Shown here: one piece after another, positions 29,176 to 39,074 of the stretch
Layout of the letters: the number at the start of each line of letters is the position of its first letter
How positions within the stretch are numbered: position 1 is the first letter of the stretch
Virus record (IMG/VR): IMGVR_UViG_3300044981_000315
Coordinates: 1,588 to 65,587 of that record
Strand: one strand, 5' to 3'
DNA length: 64,000 nucleotides
Source of the DNA: a virus
Taxonomy: Duplodnaviria; Caudoviricetes
The notes under the pieces: model-generated
What the model saw: the letters and a program-made list of their open reading frames with translations, nothing else
Told to the model about the DNA's origin: nothing
Database searches by the model: none
Program-made: the position numbers and the translations under genes

Positions 29176-30032
29176 AAGCCTTGTGCCTATCTGGGGGAGG
29201 GGTGAAAGGATCGTGGCAAGTAGGCGTATTAATTCATCTTTTAGGCGAATTAGAAACTAAATATGACATAATTTCTGGCGTTTCAGTAGGAGCTGTAAAT
29301 TGTGGGTTTTTAGCTCAATATAAGCACGGACAAGAAAAAGAATCTATTGCAAAATTACAAGAACTATGGTTACAATTAATTAATTCCAAAATATATAAGC
29401 CCTGGAAAATTTGGGGTCGTTTAGCTGCTCTTTGGAGACCAAGTTTTTTCGATAGTCAGCCTCTTGTTGATCTGCTCAATGATCATATTGATCTAAATAA
29501 AATTCGTGCTACTGGCAAAAAAGCTAGTGTTGGTGCAGTCAATATGAGTTCAGGAAAGTATACTCTTTTTCATCAAGATAATGATGATTTTATTAAAGCC
29601 ATTGCGGCATCAGCATCCTTTCCTGGCGTTCTTCGTCCAGTTAAGATAGGCGAGCATTTATGGGCAGATGGAGGAATTAAAGAAATAACTCCTCTTCGTG
29701 CAGCAATTGATCTTGGAGCTACTGACATAGATATTTTAACTACCTCACCGGAAAAAAGAAATAAGCTTTTTATGGAAAAACCAAACACATTAGATATGTT
29801 TAAGCGATCTATCGATTTGTCGGCTGATAAAATTATGTCTAATGATATTGAAAAGTTTCAATTGCATAACAAATTAGCGGAATACGGAATCCCTGGTTAT
29901 CAATATATTAAACTTAATATTATTCGTCCTCAATACAACTTAATTGAAGACTTTTTGGATTTTAACCCTATAAAAATAAAGAAAATGATGGAGATTGGGT
30001 ATTTGGACGCCCAAAAAGCATCGATAATGTAA
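29172..30032 (+). CDS. Patatin-like phospholipase
   Basis: LSGGGVKG (oxyanion loop), GVSVG (GxSxG), ASASFP and DGG catalytic motif; ATGA overlap with the upstream gene. Confidence 0.9.
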   Translation: MKALCLSGGGVKGSWQVGVLIHLLGELETKYDIISGVSVGAVNCGFLAQYKHGQEKESIAKLQELWLQLINSKIYKPWKIWGRLAALWRPSFFDSQPLVDLLNDHIDLNKIRATGKKASVGAVNMSSGKYTLFHQDNDDFIKAIAASASFPGVLRPVKIGEHLWADGGIKEITPLRAAIDLGATDIDILTTSPEKRNKLFMEKPNTLDMFKRSIDLSADKIMSNDIEKFQLHNKLAEYGIPGYQYIKLNIIRPQYNLIEDFLDFNPIKIKKMMEIGYLDAQKASIM

Positions 30033-30078
30033 TAATTATACATACTATTGTAGTAAAGCGTTCTAGGAGCATATCAGA

Positions 30079-30426
30079 ATGACTAATAATTTCCCTGGTA
30101 TTGGATATACAAATTACGGGCGTAATTTCAACTTCTTTCAGAAGATAACGGTTACTGCTACCACTTTTGGTGGTTCTTCGATTGATGGATACCAACCTGA
30201 TATAATAATAACGTTTCCTACTCAAACGATTTTGCTTTTAAATGAAGATGGTTATGGTGCCATTGTACAGGTCTCGTATAATGGGATCACGGTGGATGAC
30301 GAATTGAACAGTAATTTACCGTCCAAAGGAATTGCCTATGATAATAGAGTAGTATCCAAGATATGGTTTAGGATTACTTCGGGAAGTTCGTGTGTCGTTT
30401 CAGTTAGGGCTTACGGTACCAGGTAA
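30079..30426 (+). CDS. Small beta-rich structural protein
   Basis: AGGAG RBS; two DGY motifs. Confidence 0.55.
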   Translation: MTNNFPGIGYTNYGRNFNFFQKITVTATTFGGSSIDGYQPDIIITFPTQTILLLNEDGYGAIVQVSYNGITVDDELNSNLPSKGIAYDNRVVSKIWFRITSGSSCVVSVRAYGTR

Positions 30427-30496
30427 AGCATTAAATATATTTTTAGTTATATATTAACACTCATTTGATGTTGCTAATAAAAGCATATAATATCAA

Positions 30497-31225
30497 ATGA
30501 GCGGTTTTCTTAATAATAGCAGTTCTGGGGGTACCGGCGGACCGCCAACTGGTCCAGCCGGAGGAGATCTATCAGGAAATTTCCCCAATCCAACTGTAGT
30601 ATCCGTAGCAGACGTAACTACTGGTGTTCTGCCGGCAGCCAATCAAGCTGCTCAGACTATGGGCGGTGATGTTACTGGTACCACCGCCGCTTCTGTCGTA
30701 ACTAAAATTCAAGGTGTTACTATTTCTGGTACCCCTCAAGACGGTTACGTTTTAGAGGCGACAAGCTCCACCGCTGCCTCTTGGCAAAGTCCTACTAGTG
30801 CAAGTTTGTTGTTTTCTAATTTTTACGGGCTGCAAGGTACCGACAATGCGGCTACGATCGCCCAGAATGCGCCAGTATTCTTCCCACGAAATGGACCCTC
30901 CAATGGTGCGGCAACATCTCTGGGCGCCGGCTACTTCAATCTACCAGCTATTGGTACCTATGAGGTTTCGTGGCAAGTAAGTATTGACGAAGCAGGGCAA
31001 TTAATGCTAGCTATCGGAGGGGTCGGTTTAGCTGATACGGTAGTGGGACGAGCCACTGGTAATTCTCAAATTGTTGGCAACACTATGATCACAACAACTG
31101 TTATCAATTCGCAACTTTCCGTTATAAATCCGGTGGGGAATCCCATAGCTTTGACAGTAACTACTAATGCGGGTGGTGCGACTGCTGTTAGCTGCACACT
31201 TTCAATTAAGCTGTTATCAAGTTAA
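30497..31225 (+). CDS. Short fibre protein with a BclA C-terminal-like (C1q/TNF) trimeric tip
   Basis: GPAGGDLSGNFPNP; FNLPAIGTYEVSWQVS..GQLMLAIGG..SQIVG domain, also present in 32021. Confidence 0.65.
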   Translation: MSGFLNNSSSGGTGGPPTGPAGGDLSGNFPNPTVVSVADVTTGVLPAANQAAQTMGGDVTGTTAASVVTKIQGVTISGTPQDGYVLEATSSTAASWQSPTSASLLFSNFYGLQGTDNAATIAQNAPVFFPRNGPSNGAATSLGAGYFNLPAIGTYEVSWQVSIDEAGQLMLAIGGVGLADTVVGRATGNSQIVGNTMITTTVINSQLSVINPVGNPIALTVTTNAGGATAVSCTLSIKLLSS

Positions 31226-31918
31226 TTTTACCCATTTAATCACTGATTTGATATTACATCCAACTATTTTGGATATTTTATTGTAGGATAAGCCAGATAA
31301 TCGTAATATTTTCATTTGTTGAAGTTGATCATCAGAAAGCCTGCATTTACCTAAGTTTATTTTGTTGCCTTTCATATTTTCTGACATTTTCTTCGTATGC
31401 GTTTCAGATAGTTTTCTGCCACTCATCGTTTCCGATTGTTTTTTCTTTTGATCTTCTGAGCAGGGTTTGTCTTTATTATGAGCAATTTTGCCTTTATTAG
31501 ATTTACTTATCTTATCTTTGATCTCTTGAGGCACGTCATGATGTAAAACATACCTACCGCTATGATGTTCTAAGTTTTTATGGCTCTCTGATATTTTATT
31601 TTTCGTTATTTCTGAAAGGTTTTTACCTCTAGTCGACGAATCTCCGCCATCGCTTATGTTGTAGACATTTTCTTTGTCTAACAGATCTCTGGCACGAGCA
31701 ATCCATTCTATTTCCGTATAATCAGCCTGTTCTGTCGTATCAACTTCGGTAATCACATTAAGAGAAAAATTAGCTCTTCCATATTTTTTAATAGCATAGT
31801 CAAATGGTATATTCTTATCGCCAGTTTTGTGTTGCCTGTCTCTATTTTTCAGATCATTAGTCTGCCCGATATACACTTTGCCGTTAATCAGATTTTCATA
31901 AATATAAATTGATATCAT
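31217..31918 (-). CDS. GIY-YIG homing endonuclease with NUMOD3-like repeats
   Basis: MISIYIYENLINGKVYIGQT; YNISDGG; repeated SExTKxKIS; lies between two fibre paralogs. Confidence 0.9.
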   Translation of the reverse strand: MISIYIYENLINGKVYIGQTNDLKNRDRQHKTGDKNIPFDYAIKKYGRANFSLNVITEVDTTEQADYTEIEWIARARDLLDKENVYNISDGGDSSTRGKNLSEITKNKISESHKNLEHHSGRYVLHHDVPQEIKDKISKSNKGKIAHNKDKPCSEDQKKKQSETMSGRKLSETHTKKMSENMKGNKINLGKCRLSDDQLQQMKILRLSGLSYNKISKIVGCNIKSVIKWVKLT

Positions 31919-32020
31919 TTTGCCCCAAAAGTCCCTATTATCTATATATCCATCGGCACTCGTATCGTTAGTTATATGCAAAATTATTGGGCTGCCAATG
32001 CCATAATTCTGTATATAGGC

Positions 32021-35000
32021 ATGAGCGGATTTCTTCAAAGTGGTGGCGGAGGGGGAGGCACAAATACCCCAACAGGTCCAGCAGGCGGCGATTTAGGAGG
32101 AACTTATCCTGATCCGACGGTGACCTCTATTCAAGGTAATCCTGTAGAAGCTGAAACTTTGGGCGCCTTGCAAGATGGCTATGTTTTAACTTGGGTTAAT
32201 GCGGATGGTAAATTAGAGTTTTTGCCATCGCCTTCTGGTACTCTGTATTCTCACTTTTTTGCCTTGATGCCATCGGACAACTCTGCTACTATTGCAGTAG
32301 GTGCTCCGGTATTATTTCCTCAGAACGGTCCTTCCACAGGTGCTGCCGCCTCTTTAGGTGGGGGTATATTTAATCTACCTTCTATTGGTACTTACGAAAT
32401 TAGTTGGCAAGTCAGCGTGTCGGAAGCAGGACAACTTTCTTTAGCCATTGGAGGCGTTGGTTTACCAGATACCGTAGTCGGACGCGCCGCCTTGACCAGT
32501 CAAATTGTGGGTTTTGCCGTTATTACCACTGTTGTGGCCAACTCACATTTATCTGTTATCAATCCAGCTGGAAACTCGACCGCATTAACCATAACTCCAG
32601 ATGCGGGTGGTAATAATGCAGTCAGCGCTACTTTAACTATTAAATACAATGTCAGCGGTTCTGGCGGTGTACCGGGTGTGCCGCCCACTGGTCCAGCTTT
32701 CGGAGACTTATCTGGTAATTATCCGGATCCCATTGTGGTGGGTTTGCAGGGTCATGCCATTTCTTCTTCTTCTCCATTAACGGGCAATCTTTTAGAGTGG
32801 ACTGGATCCGATTGGACTCCAAGCTCTCTTAATTTAGCTGGTGGATCTAATTATGTGACAGGAGCTTTACCATCAGCTAATCAAGCTGCTCAGACTATGG
32901 GAGGTGCAGTTGGTGGTACTACTGCAGCTTCTACCATTAACTTAACTGGTAATGCTTCTATTACTGGATCTTTACCAACTACCAATCAGGTAGCACAAAG
33001 TTTAACTCTCACTGGTGATGTAACAGGTTCAGGTACCACGGCTGGAACCACCACTACTGTGGCAAAAATACAGGGCGTCACTATCTCCGGAGCCCCTCTT
33101 ATAGGATATGTATTAGAGGCAACTTCTCCTACCGCCGCCTCTTGGCAACTTCCTTCTCCTCAAACGATGGGTGGTGATGTTACTGGTACCACTGCCATAT
33201 CAACTGTAGCTAAAATACAGGGCAATGCTGTTACTCCACAATCTTTGGGTGCTAGTCAAGATGGTTATACTTTAACTTGGAATGGTGCTGACTGGTTAGC
33301 CTTACCCATCAATAGTATTATTAGTAGTGCCGTTGCGGCGCCAGGTACGCCAGCCTATAATCCAACTTGGTATGCGGCAACTAACATCTACTGGGATCCA
33401 GCAGGAACAGTTGGTGGCAGTGATGCTAATAGCGGAACAGTTATTGGTTCTCCACTTCTAACATTTGCTGAAATTGTACGACGTTATGGTTCTACCACTC
33501 CTGAGATGAACTACGGACAAAATGTTACCATCCATCAACTAACTTCACAACCTGCGGGCATTGATCCGGTTTTCTTTTCTCCGTTACTCTCTGGTGGCGG
33601 TTATATCGCACTTATTGGAACTCTGATTGCTAATGGTGCATCTTCCACCATTTCAGGTCTTATTGCAAAAAACAGAACCACTAACACATTTCTTCAGATT
33701 TCAACTTTTGGTTCTCTCGTCCAAAGAAACCTTATCTACAATGTAACGCGAAATAGTTACGCTTTTGCTTATGGAGTCGGTGGTGGCGTGGCGACAATGA
33801 CACAGCCTATTCCCGCTAGTGTGATCACAACCATTACCTTTCCCACACTCGCCGAAGATGATACTTGGGCAAACGGCGACACGGTTCAGGCATATGAACT
33901 GCCATTCTGCAATCTAAAACAATTTGCTAGCACTGGTGGCGATGCTTTAGGAACTAGCCGTTGTGCTTCGTGGCTTCAGTTTATAAAAGTTAGTGATAGT
34001 TCTAGTGCTGATAATAGTTTCTTTCCAGCTGTCAGTCGTGGCAACGCGCTTCCTGTTTTCTCAGCTTGTCATTTCACAGCACGAACACAAATTGCTGGCA
34101 ATACAGGAGATGAAGAAGGGTCCATGTTTATCGGTTGCTCTATGGATGGATTTACCATTCTAACTACGGGCCCGTGGCTTGTGTATGGTGGTTGCTTCGG
34201 AACACCTTTCACCCAATATGGTGGAATTTCGTTTGCAGGTGGCGATTGTCTTTTTGCTGGTGGCACTTTTATCTATGGTGGTGTTTTCTACAATTTGGGG
34301 CCAGGTCTTGAACTCTCGAGCAATAATACGGTAACCAACGGGGGCAGCATTGAAAATGCTGGTATTATATGGGGTGGCGGCGCCATAACGATAGAGCCAG
34401 GAAGTACATTTTGGAATGTCACTGGAAGTACGTTTGCATCGACACTTTTTACCGGTACTCTTATGCTTGGCTCTAATACAACTGGTAGCTCATTTAATAC
34501 AACTAACGGACTATTTGCTAGTGGTATTCCAATAACACCTGCTAATCTGGATACCAATGGTGGTCTACAAGATCCGTCTACCGGAGCAAGATTCGCCAAC
34601 ACCAGTGGTGGTACCGGATCAGCAGGATATACGGCACATTCGGTACTAGTTGGTGGTGGAACTGGTGCTATTGTCGGAGTGGGCCCAGGTACATCTGGAC
34701 AAGTTTTAATAGGTCAAGGAGTTAGTACCAATCCCTCCTTTGTTACTTTATCTGGGGGAGCCACCGTTTCTAATACTGGTGTAGTGACCTTATCTGCTAT
34801 TAACTTAGCTGGTGGAAGTAGTTCTGTAACTGGAATTTTGCCAGCAGCCAATCAAGCCGCACAAACAATGGGAGGTGATGTAACTGGTACTACCGCTGCG
34901 GCTACCGTAGTAGCTATACAGGGTAATGCAATTCAATCGGGAACTTTGGGAGCTCCTCAAGATGGTTATGTTCTGACTTGGACTGGTACTCAATGGGCGC

Positions 35001-36166
35001 CAGAAGTCGTCACCAGTGGTTCTACTATTTTAGCTGGAGATGTCACTGGAATATCCACCGCCACTCATGTCATCTCTATTACTGGTGCCTCTGGTGTGGT
35101 TAATATTGCTTCTACCGGCAACATATTTACTTGGGCAGCCGCTACTACCGCCCCTGGTCTAACTCAAGCAGCCAACACTACTGCCTCTACTACGGGCGCA
35201 GCTCTTACCATTCAAGCTCAAAACTCTACTGGATCAACTTCTATTGGAGGTAATTTAGTTCTAACTTCTGGGACAGGAACCTCTACTAATGGCACTTTGT
35301 TATTAGAGGTGGGTGGTACTACTATCGGTAGCTTTGCTAAAAATAGTACTAATGACTTTATCGCTTTGGGCGCTATTCCATCTACTACGGGTGCTGTTCG
35401 ATTGGCCAACAATACTTTTATTAAGGAACGCAATCCAGCCAATAGTGCCGATGTTCAATTAATTGGTGTTAATAGTGCGGGCGCCCCAATCATTGGTGAT
35501 AATACTCAGGGTGGAGCAATGATAATTCAATCATTGACCAACATATCTATACAGCCACAAGATAATTTGACTTTGGCTCAACAAACGGCTGGTAATATAA
35601 TAGCTATTTCTTTTAATAGTATGTTATTAGAATTACCATTGGTGGAGTTTCAGTTTAATCAAGTTTCTCCTGTTATTACTCAAGTTGCTCAAATTGGTAA
35701 TAGTGCTACTACTTCGTTGACGATAGCGGCTCAATCAGCTTTTTCTGGCGCCACTGGCACCAATCAAAATGGTGGCAATCTCCTATTGAATGGTGGACTT
35801 TCTTCCGCAGCAGGATCTGGACATGGTGGTGATATCATCTTGTTGGGCGGGCAACAAGTGGGCACTGTCACTAAATCAGCCGCCTACACGGTAGATACAG
35901 GATCTCAAACTTCCGACTACGTTATCTTCATGACTGGTAATGCCTTTACCGTTACATTACCAGCCCCTACTCCGGGACGCTTTTTGATCTTTAAGGATAT
36001 TGCCGGCAATGCCTCCACTCAAAACAAAACCATAGCACCACACGCCTCTGAAACCATTGATGGAGCCAGTAGCTATGTACTCAATCTCAATTATGCAGGC
36101 ATCAAACTTATTAGTGATGGAACTAATTGGTGGGTTACGGCAGAATATAATGGCACAGTAATTTAA
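32021..36166 (+). CDS. Long modular tail/collar fibre protein
   Basis: Start assigned by paralogy (MSGFLQSGG vs MSGFLNNSS); BclA-C-like domain; repeated GGDVTGTT/KIQG/QDGYVLTW modules; C-terminal TLPAP..IFKD..ETIDG..SDGTNW fibre-tip motif. Confidence 0.75.
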   Translation: MSGFLQSGGGGGGTNTPTGPAGGDLGGTYPDPTVTSIQGNPVEAETLGALQDGYVLTWVNADGKLEFLPSPSGTLYSHFFALMPSDNSATIAVGAPVLFPQNGPSTGAAASLGGGIFNLPSIGTYEISWQVSVSEAGQLSLAIGGVGLPDTVVGRAALTSQIVGFAVITTVVANSHLSVINPAGNSTALTITPDAGGNNAVSATLTIKYNVSGSGGVPGVPPTGPAFGDLSGNYPDPIVVGLQGHAISSSSPLTGNLLEWTGSDWTPSSLNLAGGSNYVTGALPSANQAAQTMGGAVGGTTAASTINLTGNASITGSLPTTNQVAQSLTLTGDVTGSGTTAGTTTTVAKIQGVTISGAPLIGYVLEATSPTAASWQLPSPQTMGGDVTGTTAISTVAKIQGNAVTPQSLGASQDGYTLTWNGADWLALPINSIISSAVAAPGTPAYNPTWYAATNIYWDPAGTVGGSDANSGTVIGSPLLTFAEIVRRYGSTTPEMNYGQNVTIHQLTSQPAGIDPVFFSPLLSGGGYIALIGTLIANGASSTISGLIAKNRTTNTFLQISTFGSLVQRNLIYNVTRNSYAFAYGVGGGVATMTQPIPASVITTITFPTLAEDDTWANGDTVQAYELPFCNLKQFASTGGDALGTSRCASWLQFIKVSDSSSADNSFFPAVSRGNALPVFSACHFTARTQIAGNTGDEEGSMFIGCSMDGFTILTTGPWLVYGGCFGTPFTQYGGISFAGGDCLFAGGTFIYGGVFYNLGPGLELSSNNTVTNGGSIENAGIIWGGGAITIEPGSTFWNVTGSTFASTLFTGTLMLGSNTTGSSFNTTNGLFASGIPITPANLDTNGGLQDPSTGARFANTSGGTGSAGYTAHSVLVGGGTGAIVGVGPGTSGQVLIGQGVSTNPSFVTLSGGATVSNTGVVTLSAINLAGGSSSVTGILPAANQAAQTMGGDVTGTTAAATVVAIQGNAIQSGTLGAPQDGYVLTWTGTQWAPEVVTSGSTILAGDVTGISTATHVISITGASGVVNIASTGNIFTWAAATTAPGLTQAANTTASTTGAALTIQAQNSTGSTSIGGNLVLTSGTGTSTNGTLLLEVGGTTIGSFAKNSTNDFIALGAIPSTTGAVRLANNTFIKERNPANSADVQLIGVNSAGAPIIGDNTQGGAMIIQSLTNISIQPQDNLTLAQQTAGNIIAISFNSMLLELPLVEFQFNQVSPVITQVAQIGNSATTSLTIAAQSAFSGATGTNQNGGNLLLNGGLSSAAGSGHGGDIILLGGQQVGTVTKSAAYTVDTGSQTSDYVIFMTGNAFTVTLPAPTPGRFLIFKDIAGNASTQNKTIAPHASETIDGASSYVLNLNYAGIKLISDGTNWWVTAEYNGTVI

Positions 36167-36196
36167 TTATATGTCCCTCTTAATAAGGAATAAAAT

Positions 36197-36490
36197 ATGT
36201 TATTATCAGTTAATTTTCCCGTCGCCCCAGTATTACCAGCAGTAGCACAACTACAGATATTACAACATAATTTTTCTGAACTGGATAATCTTATTTATTT
36301 ATCATATAATGAATTAGATGTTGATGGTTATTTTATATCCAATAAAAATATGGTTTTGGATCCAAGTGATACCAGCTCGTTCTTTGCAACGTCGGTAGAT
36401 GGCTATGTAACTTTACAAGACGTTTTTGATGCTGCCGTTGCAGCAGTATTGGCTAATATTTATGGTCCTGTTACTATTACCATTCCATAA
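36197..36490 (+). CDS. Small fibre-associated protein/chaperone
   Basis: AAGGA RBS; directly follows the fibre gene; two DGY motifs. Confidence 0.55.
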   Translation: MLLSVNFPVAPVLPAVAQLQILQHNFSELDNLIYLSYNELDVDGYFISNKNMVLDPSDTSSFFATSVDGYVTLQDVFDAAVAAVLANIYGPVTITIP

Positions 36491-36532
36491 TAATATAGAG
36501 TGATATTGCGGTATTAAGAGTATAAGGTCCCC

Positions 36533-37057
36533 ATGGTTAATTCAGCGAAACTCGATCCAACCGATAATGTACGTGAATTGCTTGCTATCAACACGGAACG
36601 ATCCGACTCTTTGCGACTTGCCGAACAGCAACGCGTCAATGAATTAATGGAAGCGGAACGACGCCGAGTTAATGAGCAAATGCAATTGCGTGCGGAGTAT
36701 GATGCTAAACTTGCCGATGCTGAATCGAAACGCATCGACGCCATCAGGAGTGTCGACGTTAATGCACTTGCAGTAGCAAGTGACAGGGCCAGTGCTCAAG
36801 CTATTGTATTGGCCAATCAAGTGACGGTATCTGCCGAAACACTACGAGCCCTAGTGGCTTCTACTGCCGCTACTCAAGCCACCCAACTAGCTCAACTAAC
36901 CACTCAGCTAACGGATCGTTTAGCCTCTTTAGAAAAATCCCAATATGAAAGTAAGGGATCTGGATCTGGCATGAGGGATATGTATGCTTGGATTTTTGCA
37001 GCGGTTATGGGTCTGGTAACTGTCGGTTCGGTGCTTTTCAATATATTTCATCATTGA
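36533..37057 (+). CDS. Coiled-coil protein with a C-terminal TM helix (possibly lysis-related)
   Basis: Long heptad region, then YAWIFAAVMGLVTVGSVLF. Confidence 0.55.
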   Translation: MVNSAKLDPTDNVRELLAINTERSDSLRLAEQQRVNELMEAERRRVNEQMQLRAEYDAKLADAESKRIDAIRSVDVNALAVASDRASAQAIVLANQVTVSAETLRALVASTAATQATQLAQLTTQLTDRLASLEKSQYESKGSGSGMRDMYAWIFAAVMGLVTVGSVLFNIFHH

Positions 37058-37122
37058 CGAAGTCTGAGAAGACTTCTTAAATGTCTTCGACGAAGGATAT
37101 AAAGTAAGTTTAGAGGTGTAAG

Positions 37123-37467
37123 ATGGTATTTAAGTTAGATGAAAACGGGCAAATTGATCTCAATAATCCAGAAGATTGGAAAGTAGCTACCGAAAGAGAA
37201 ACTCGCACTAAGTTATTGTCATGGGCGAGGCAGCTTGGATATGAAAAAGATATGTTATTGTTGTGGGCCAAGTTTGATAAGATGCTTAAAAACTGTCCTA
37301 ACGAGGAAGAACGTAAGGATATGGCTAAATTGGGCTGGCATGAGACCCTGAAATTAATGGGTTCATACGGCACTTTTTTGATTGATGGTAAAGTGGTATA
37401 TTCTAAAGAAGAGGATCAGAGATACTCTTTACTACTAAATAAAGAAACAGGAAATAAAGATGAGTGA
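37123..37467 (+). CDS. Hypothetical protein
   Basis: GAGGT RBS; 114 aa. Confidence 0.55.
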   Translation: MVFKLDENGQIDLNNPEDWKVATERETRTKLLSWARQLGYEKDMLLLWAKFDKMLKNCPNEEERKDMAKLGWHETLKLMGSYGTFLIDGKVVYSKEEDQRYSLLLNKETGNKDE

Positions 37468-37699
37468 AGATAATACAGTATACTGTGGTGAAGTGATCTG
37501 GTTTGACCCCAAAAAAGGTTATGGATTCGTATCATGGAAAATTGAGGAAATCCAACAGCGTGACATTTTTTGTCACTTTAGTGACTTAGTCATGTCGAAT
37601 TTTAAAACTTTATACAAGGGACAGCGTGTGTCATTTTCTATCGGCACCAACCGTCACGGTGACCCCAAGGCCATCAACGTTACCGTTCTAAAGAACTAA
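37460..37699 (+). CDS. Cold-shock domain (CspA-like) protein
   Basis: GEVIWFDPKKGYGFV (RNP1), DIFCHFS (RNP2), FKTLYKGQRVSF, KAINV. Confidence 0.9.
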   Translation: MSEDNTVYCGEVIWFDPKKGYGFVSWKIEEIQQRDIFCHFSDLVMSNFKTLYKGQRVSFSIGTNRHGDPKAINVTVLKN

Positions 37700-37987
37700 T
37701 TATTTATCTAGCTCTCTAATAATAGTATCTAATTTATTATTGACATTATTTGTTAGATCTCTAACCTGATCTGTTAGGCCTTGCACTTTAGTATTTAGAG
37801 TTGTAATATCTTTAGCATCCTCTAAGATATGTTCTGTTAAGCTTTTTTGTATGCCATCTAACTGGTCATTTTGTTTTTGTCTAGATGATTTAATTAGGCT
37901 TACAACAGAAATAATTACAGCTATCATCACACCAAAGGAGCTAATAGCATCTCTAACTATTTCCCAAGTAGTTATTGGATCACTCAT
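37700..37987 (-). CDS. Single-TM coiled-coil protein (holin-like)
   Basis: AISSFGVMIAVIISVVSLI TM followed by a coiled coil. Confidence 0.5.
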   Translation of the reverse strand: MSDPITTWEIVRDAISSFGVMIAVIISVVSLIKSSRQKQNDQLDGIQKSLTEHILEDAKDITTLNTKVQGLTDQVRDLTNNVNNKLDTIIRELDK

Positions 37988-38174
37988 TTGTATCTCTTTT
38001 AATTTTAATTTTAGTAATAGCCTTTTTGATTTTTATTTTAGTAATTATAGCGTCGCATTTATCACTAATACTATTACAGTCTTCTACAATATTAATATGA
38101 ACAGTTGGAGTATTTGCCGTGTCATCGGTTAATATTGGTTCAATTTTTTGAGCTAATTGGTCACGTTTTGCCAT
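37980..38174 (-). CDS. Small hypothetical protein with a duplicated ITKIKIK tail
   Basis: ATG 38174 just after the stop of 38176..38586; overlaps the next minus-strand gene by 8 nt. Confidence 0.45.
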   Translation of the reverse strand: MAKRDQLAQKIEPILTDDTANTPTVHINIVEDCNSISDKCDAIITKIKIKKAITKIKIKRDTNE

Positions 38175-38175
38175 G

Positions 38176-38586
38176 TTAACCCTTAGTATTGGTGGGAGGT
38201 TGCACGTCAATTTCCATATCGGAGCTTTCATCAGCGAACTGCTCTTCTTTCTTTTTTTGTTCTTCTGGAAGATCTAGCTCTTCATAATGAGTTTCTTTAA
38301 TGGATAGGATAGATCTTTCTCTGGATGGAATATAAGTTTCCTCTAAAAATGGCATGTTTACTTTAATGACGGTGGGGGCCACTTGACGCACGGATAATTT
38401 ATCTCTTTTATGGAAAAGGGAGCCATTTTCTGCCGACTTCTCAAGCTGTTCCATAGTATAGGAATAATGCTTTTTATCTAGCAAATTGATAGATCGAAAT
38501 GCAGGCACAGTCAGATTTAGGTCTGCTAGACTAACATTACGGTTGCACAGGTTAGTTATCCAAAAAGTTGGAGCTGGTTTAGCCAT
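38176..38586 (-). CDS. Hypothetical protein, weakly resembling the N-terminus of 17944
   Basis: GAGGA RBS and the late-type motif upstream; FWITNL..NLL..KSAENGSLFHK vs FIVRNI..DLL..KSALMKGEIRHK. Confidence 0.55.
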   Translation of the reverse strand: MAKPAPTFWITNLCNRNVSLADLNLTVPAFRSINLLDKKHYSYTMEQLEKSAENGSLFHKRDKLSVRQVAPTVIKVNMPFLEETYIPSRERSILSIKETHYEELDLPEEQKKKEEQFADESSDMEIDVQPPTNTKG

Positions 38587-38599
38587 TTATCCTCTATCT

Positions 38600-38627
38600 T
38601 ATGTGAGTATATTACTAATTTGCTATA
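38600..38627. promoter_or_regulatory. Divergent pair of candidate late promoters
   Basis: Minus strand AATAtactcaCATA (38600-38613); plus strand ACTAatttgcTATA (38614-38627). Confidence 0.5.
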
Positions 38628-38642
38628 ATACAAGAGGCAACG

Positions 38643-39074
38643 ATGACGACTGAGCAACTTTCTTATTTCCCCGGCATGATTGCGACCATCTTTCTAGAAA
38701 CTCTAGATGGTTATGGTCAGCGTACTGATGACGGATATGATGGGTATACCGTGCCAGTAGTTACACGTATTATTCTTCCCAGTGGTACTCTGGCTACTGG
38801 TTATCCACAACCTATGGTACAATTAGATACTGGCTTATATAATTTTCAATTCACCCTACCTAGTGGAGCTATTTCTATAGGCAGTTATTTGGTGGATGTG
38901 GCCTATATTAACTATCTAGGATATGTTAATTATCAGACCTATCAGATTATAGTTACGGCGCCTTTTGGTACATATTCTGTTGGACTGCCAACGGGTGCAG
39001 TAGCAGGTTATCACTCAGATCATTCAGATCATCATTATCCGGGTCATCGTCATCCAGGTCGTCATCATGACTAA
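38643..39074 (+). CDS. Ig-like neck-associated protein with a His-rich tail
   Basis: DTGLYNFQFTLP..GSYLVDV Ig-like pattern; three DGY motifs; HSDHSDHHYPGHRHPGRHHD tail. Confidence 0.55.
   Translation: MTTEQLSYFPGMIATIFLETLDGYGQRTDDGYDGYTVPVVTRIILPSGTLATGYPQPMVQLDTGLYNFQFTLPSGAISIGSYLVDVAYINYLGYVNYQTYQIIVTAPFGTYSVGLPTGAVAGYHSDHSDHHYPGHRHPGRHHD

Noticed and set aside
31918-32038. Upstream extensions of ORFs 31217..32038(-) and 31976..36166(+), including an extra DGY
   Set aside because: The extensions overlap head-to-head across a promoter region; motif and paralog evidence puts the starts at 31918 and 32021, so that DGY was not counted
18627-36166. Diversity-generating retroelement acting on fibre tips
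   Set aside because: No reverse transcriptase in the window and no repeat pair differing only at adenines was seen
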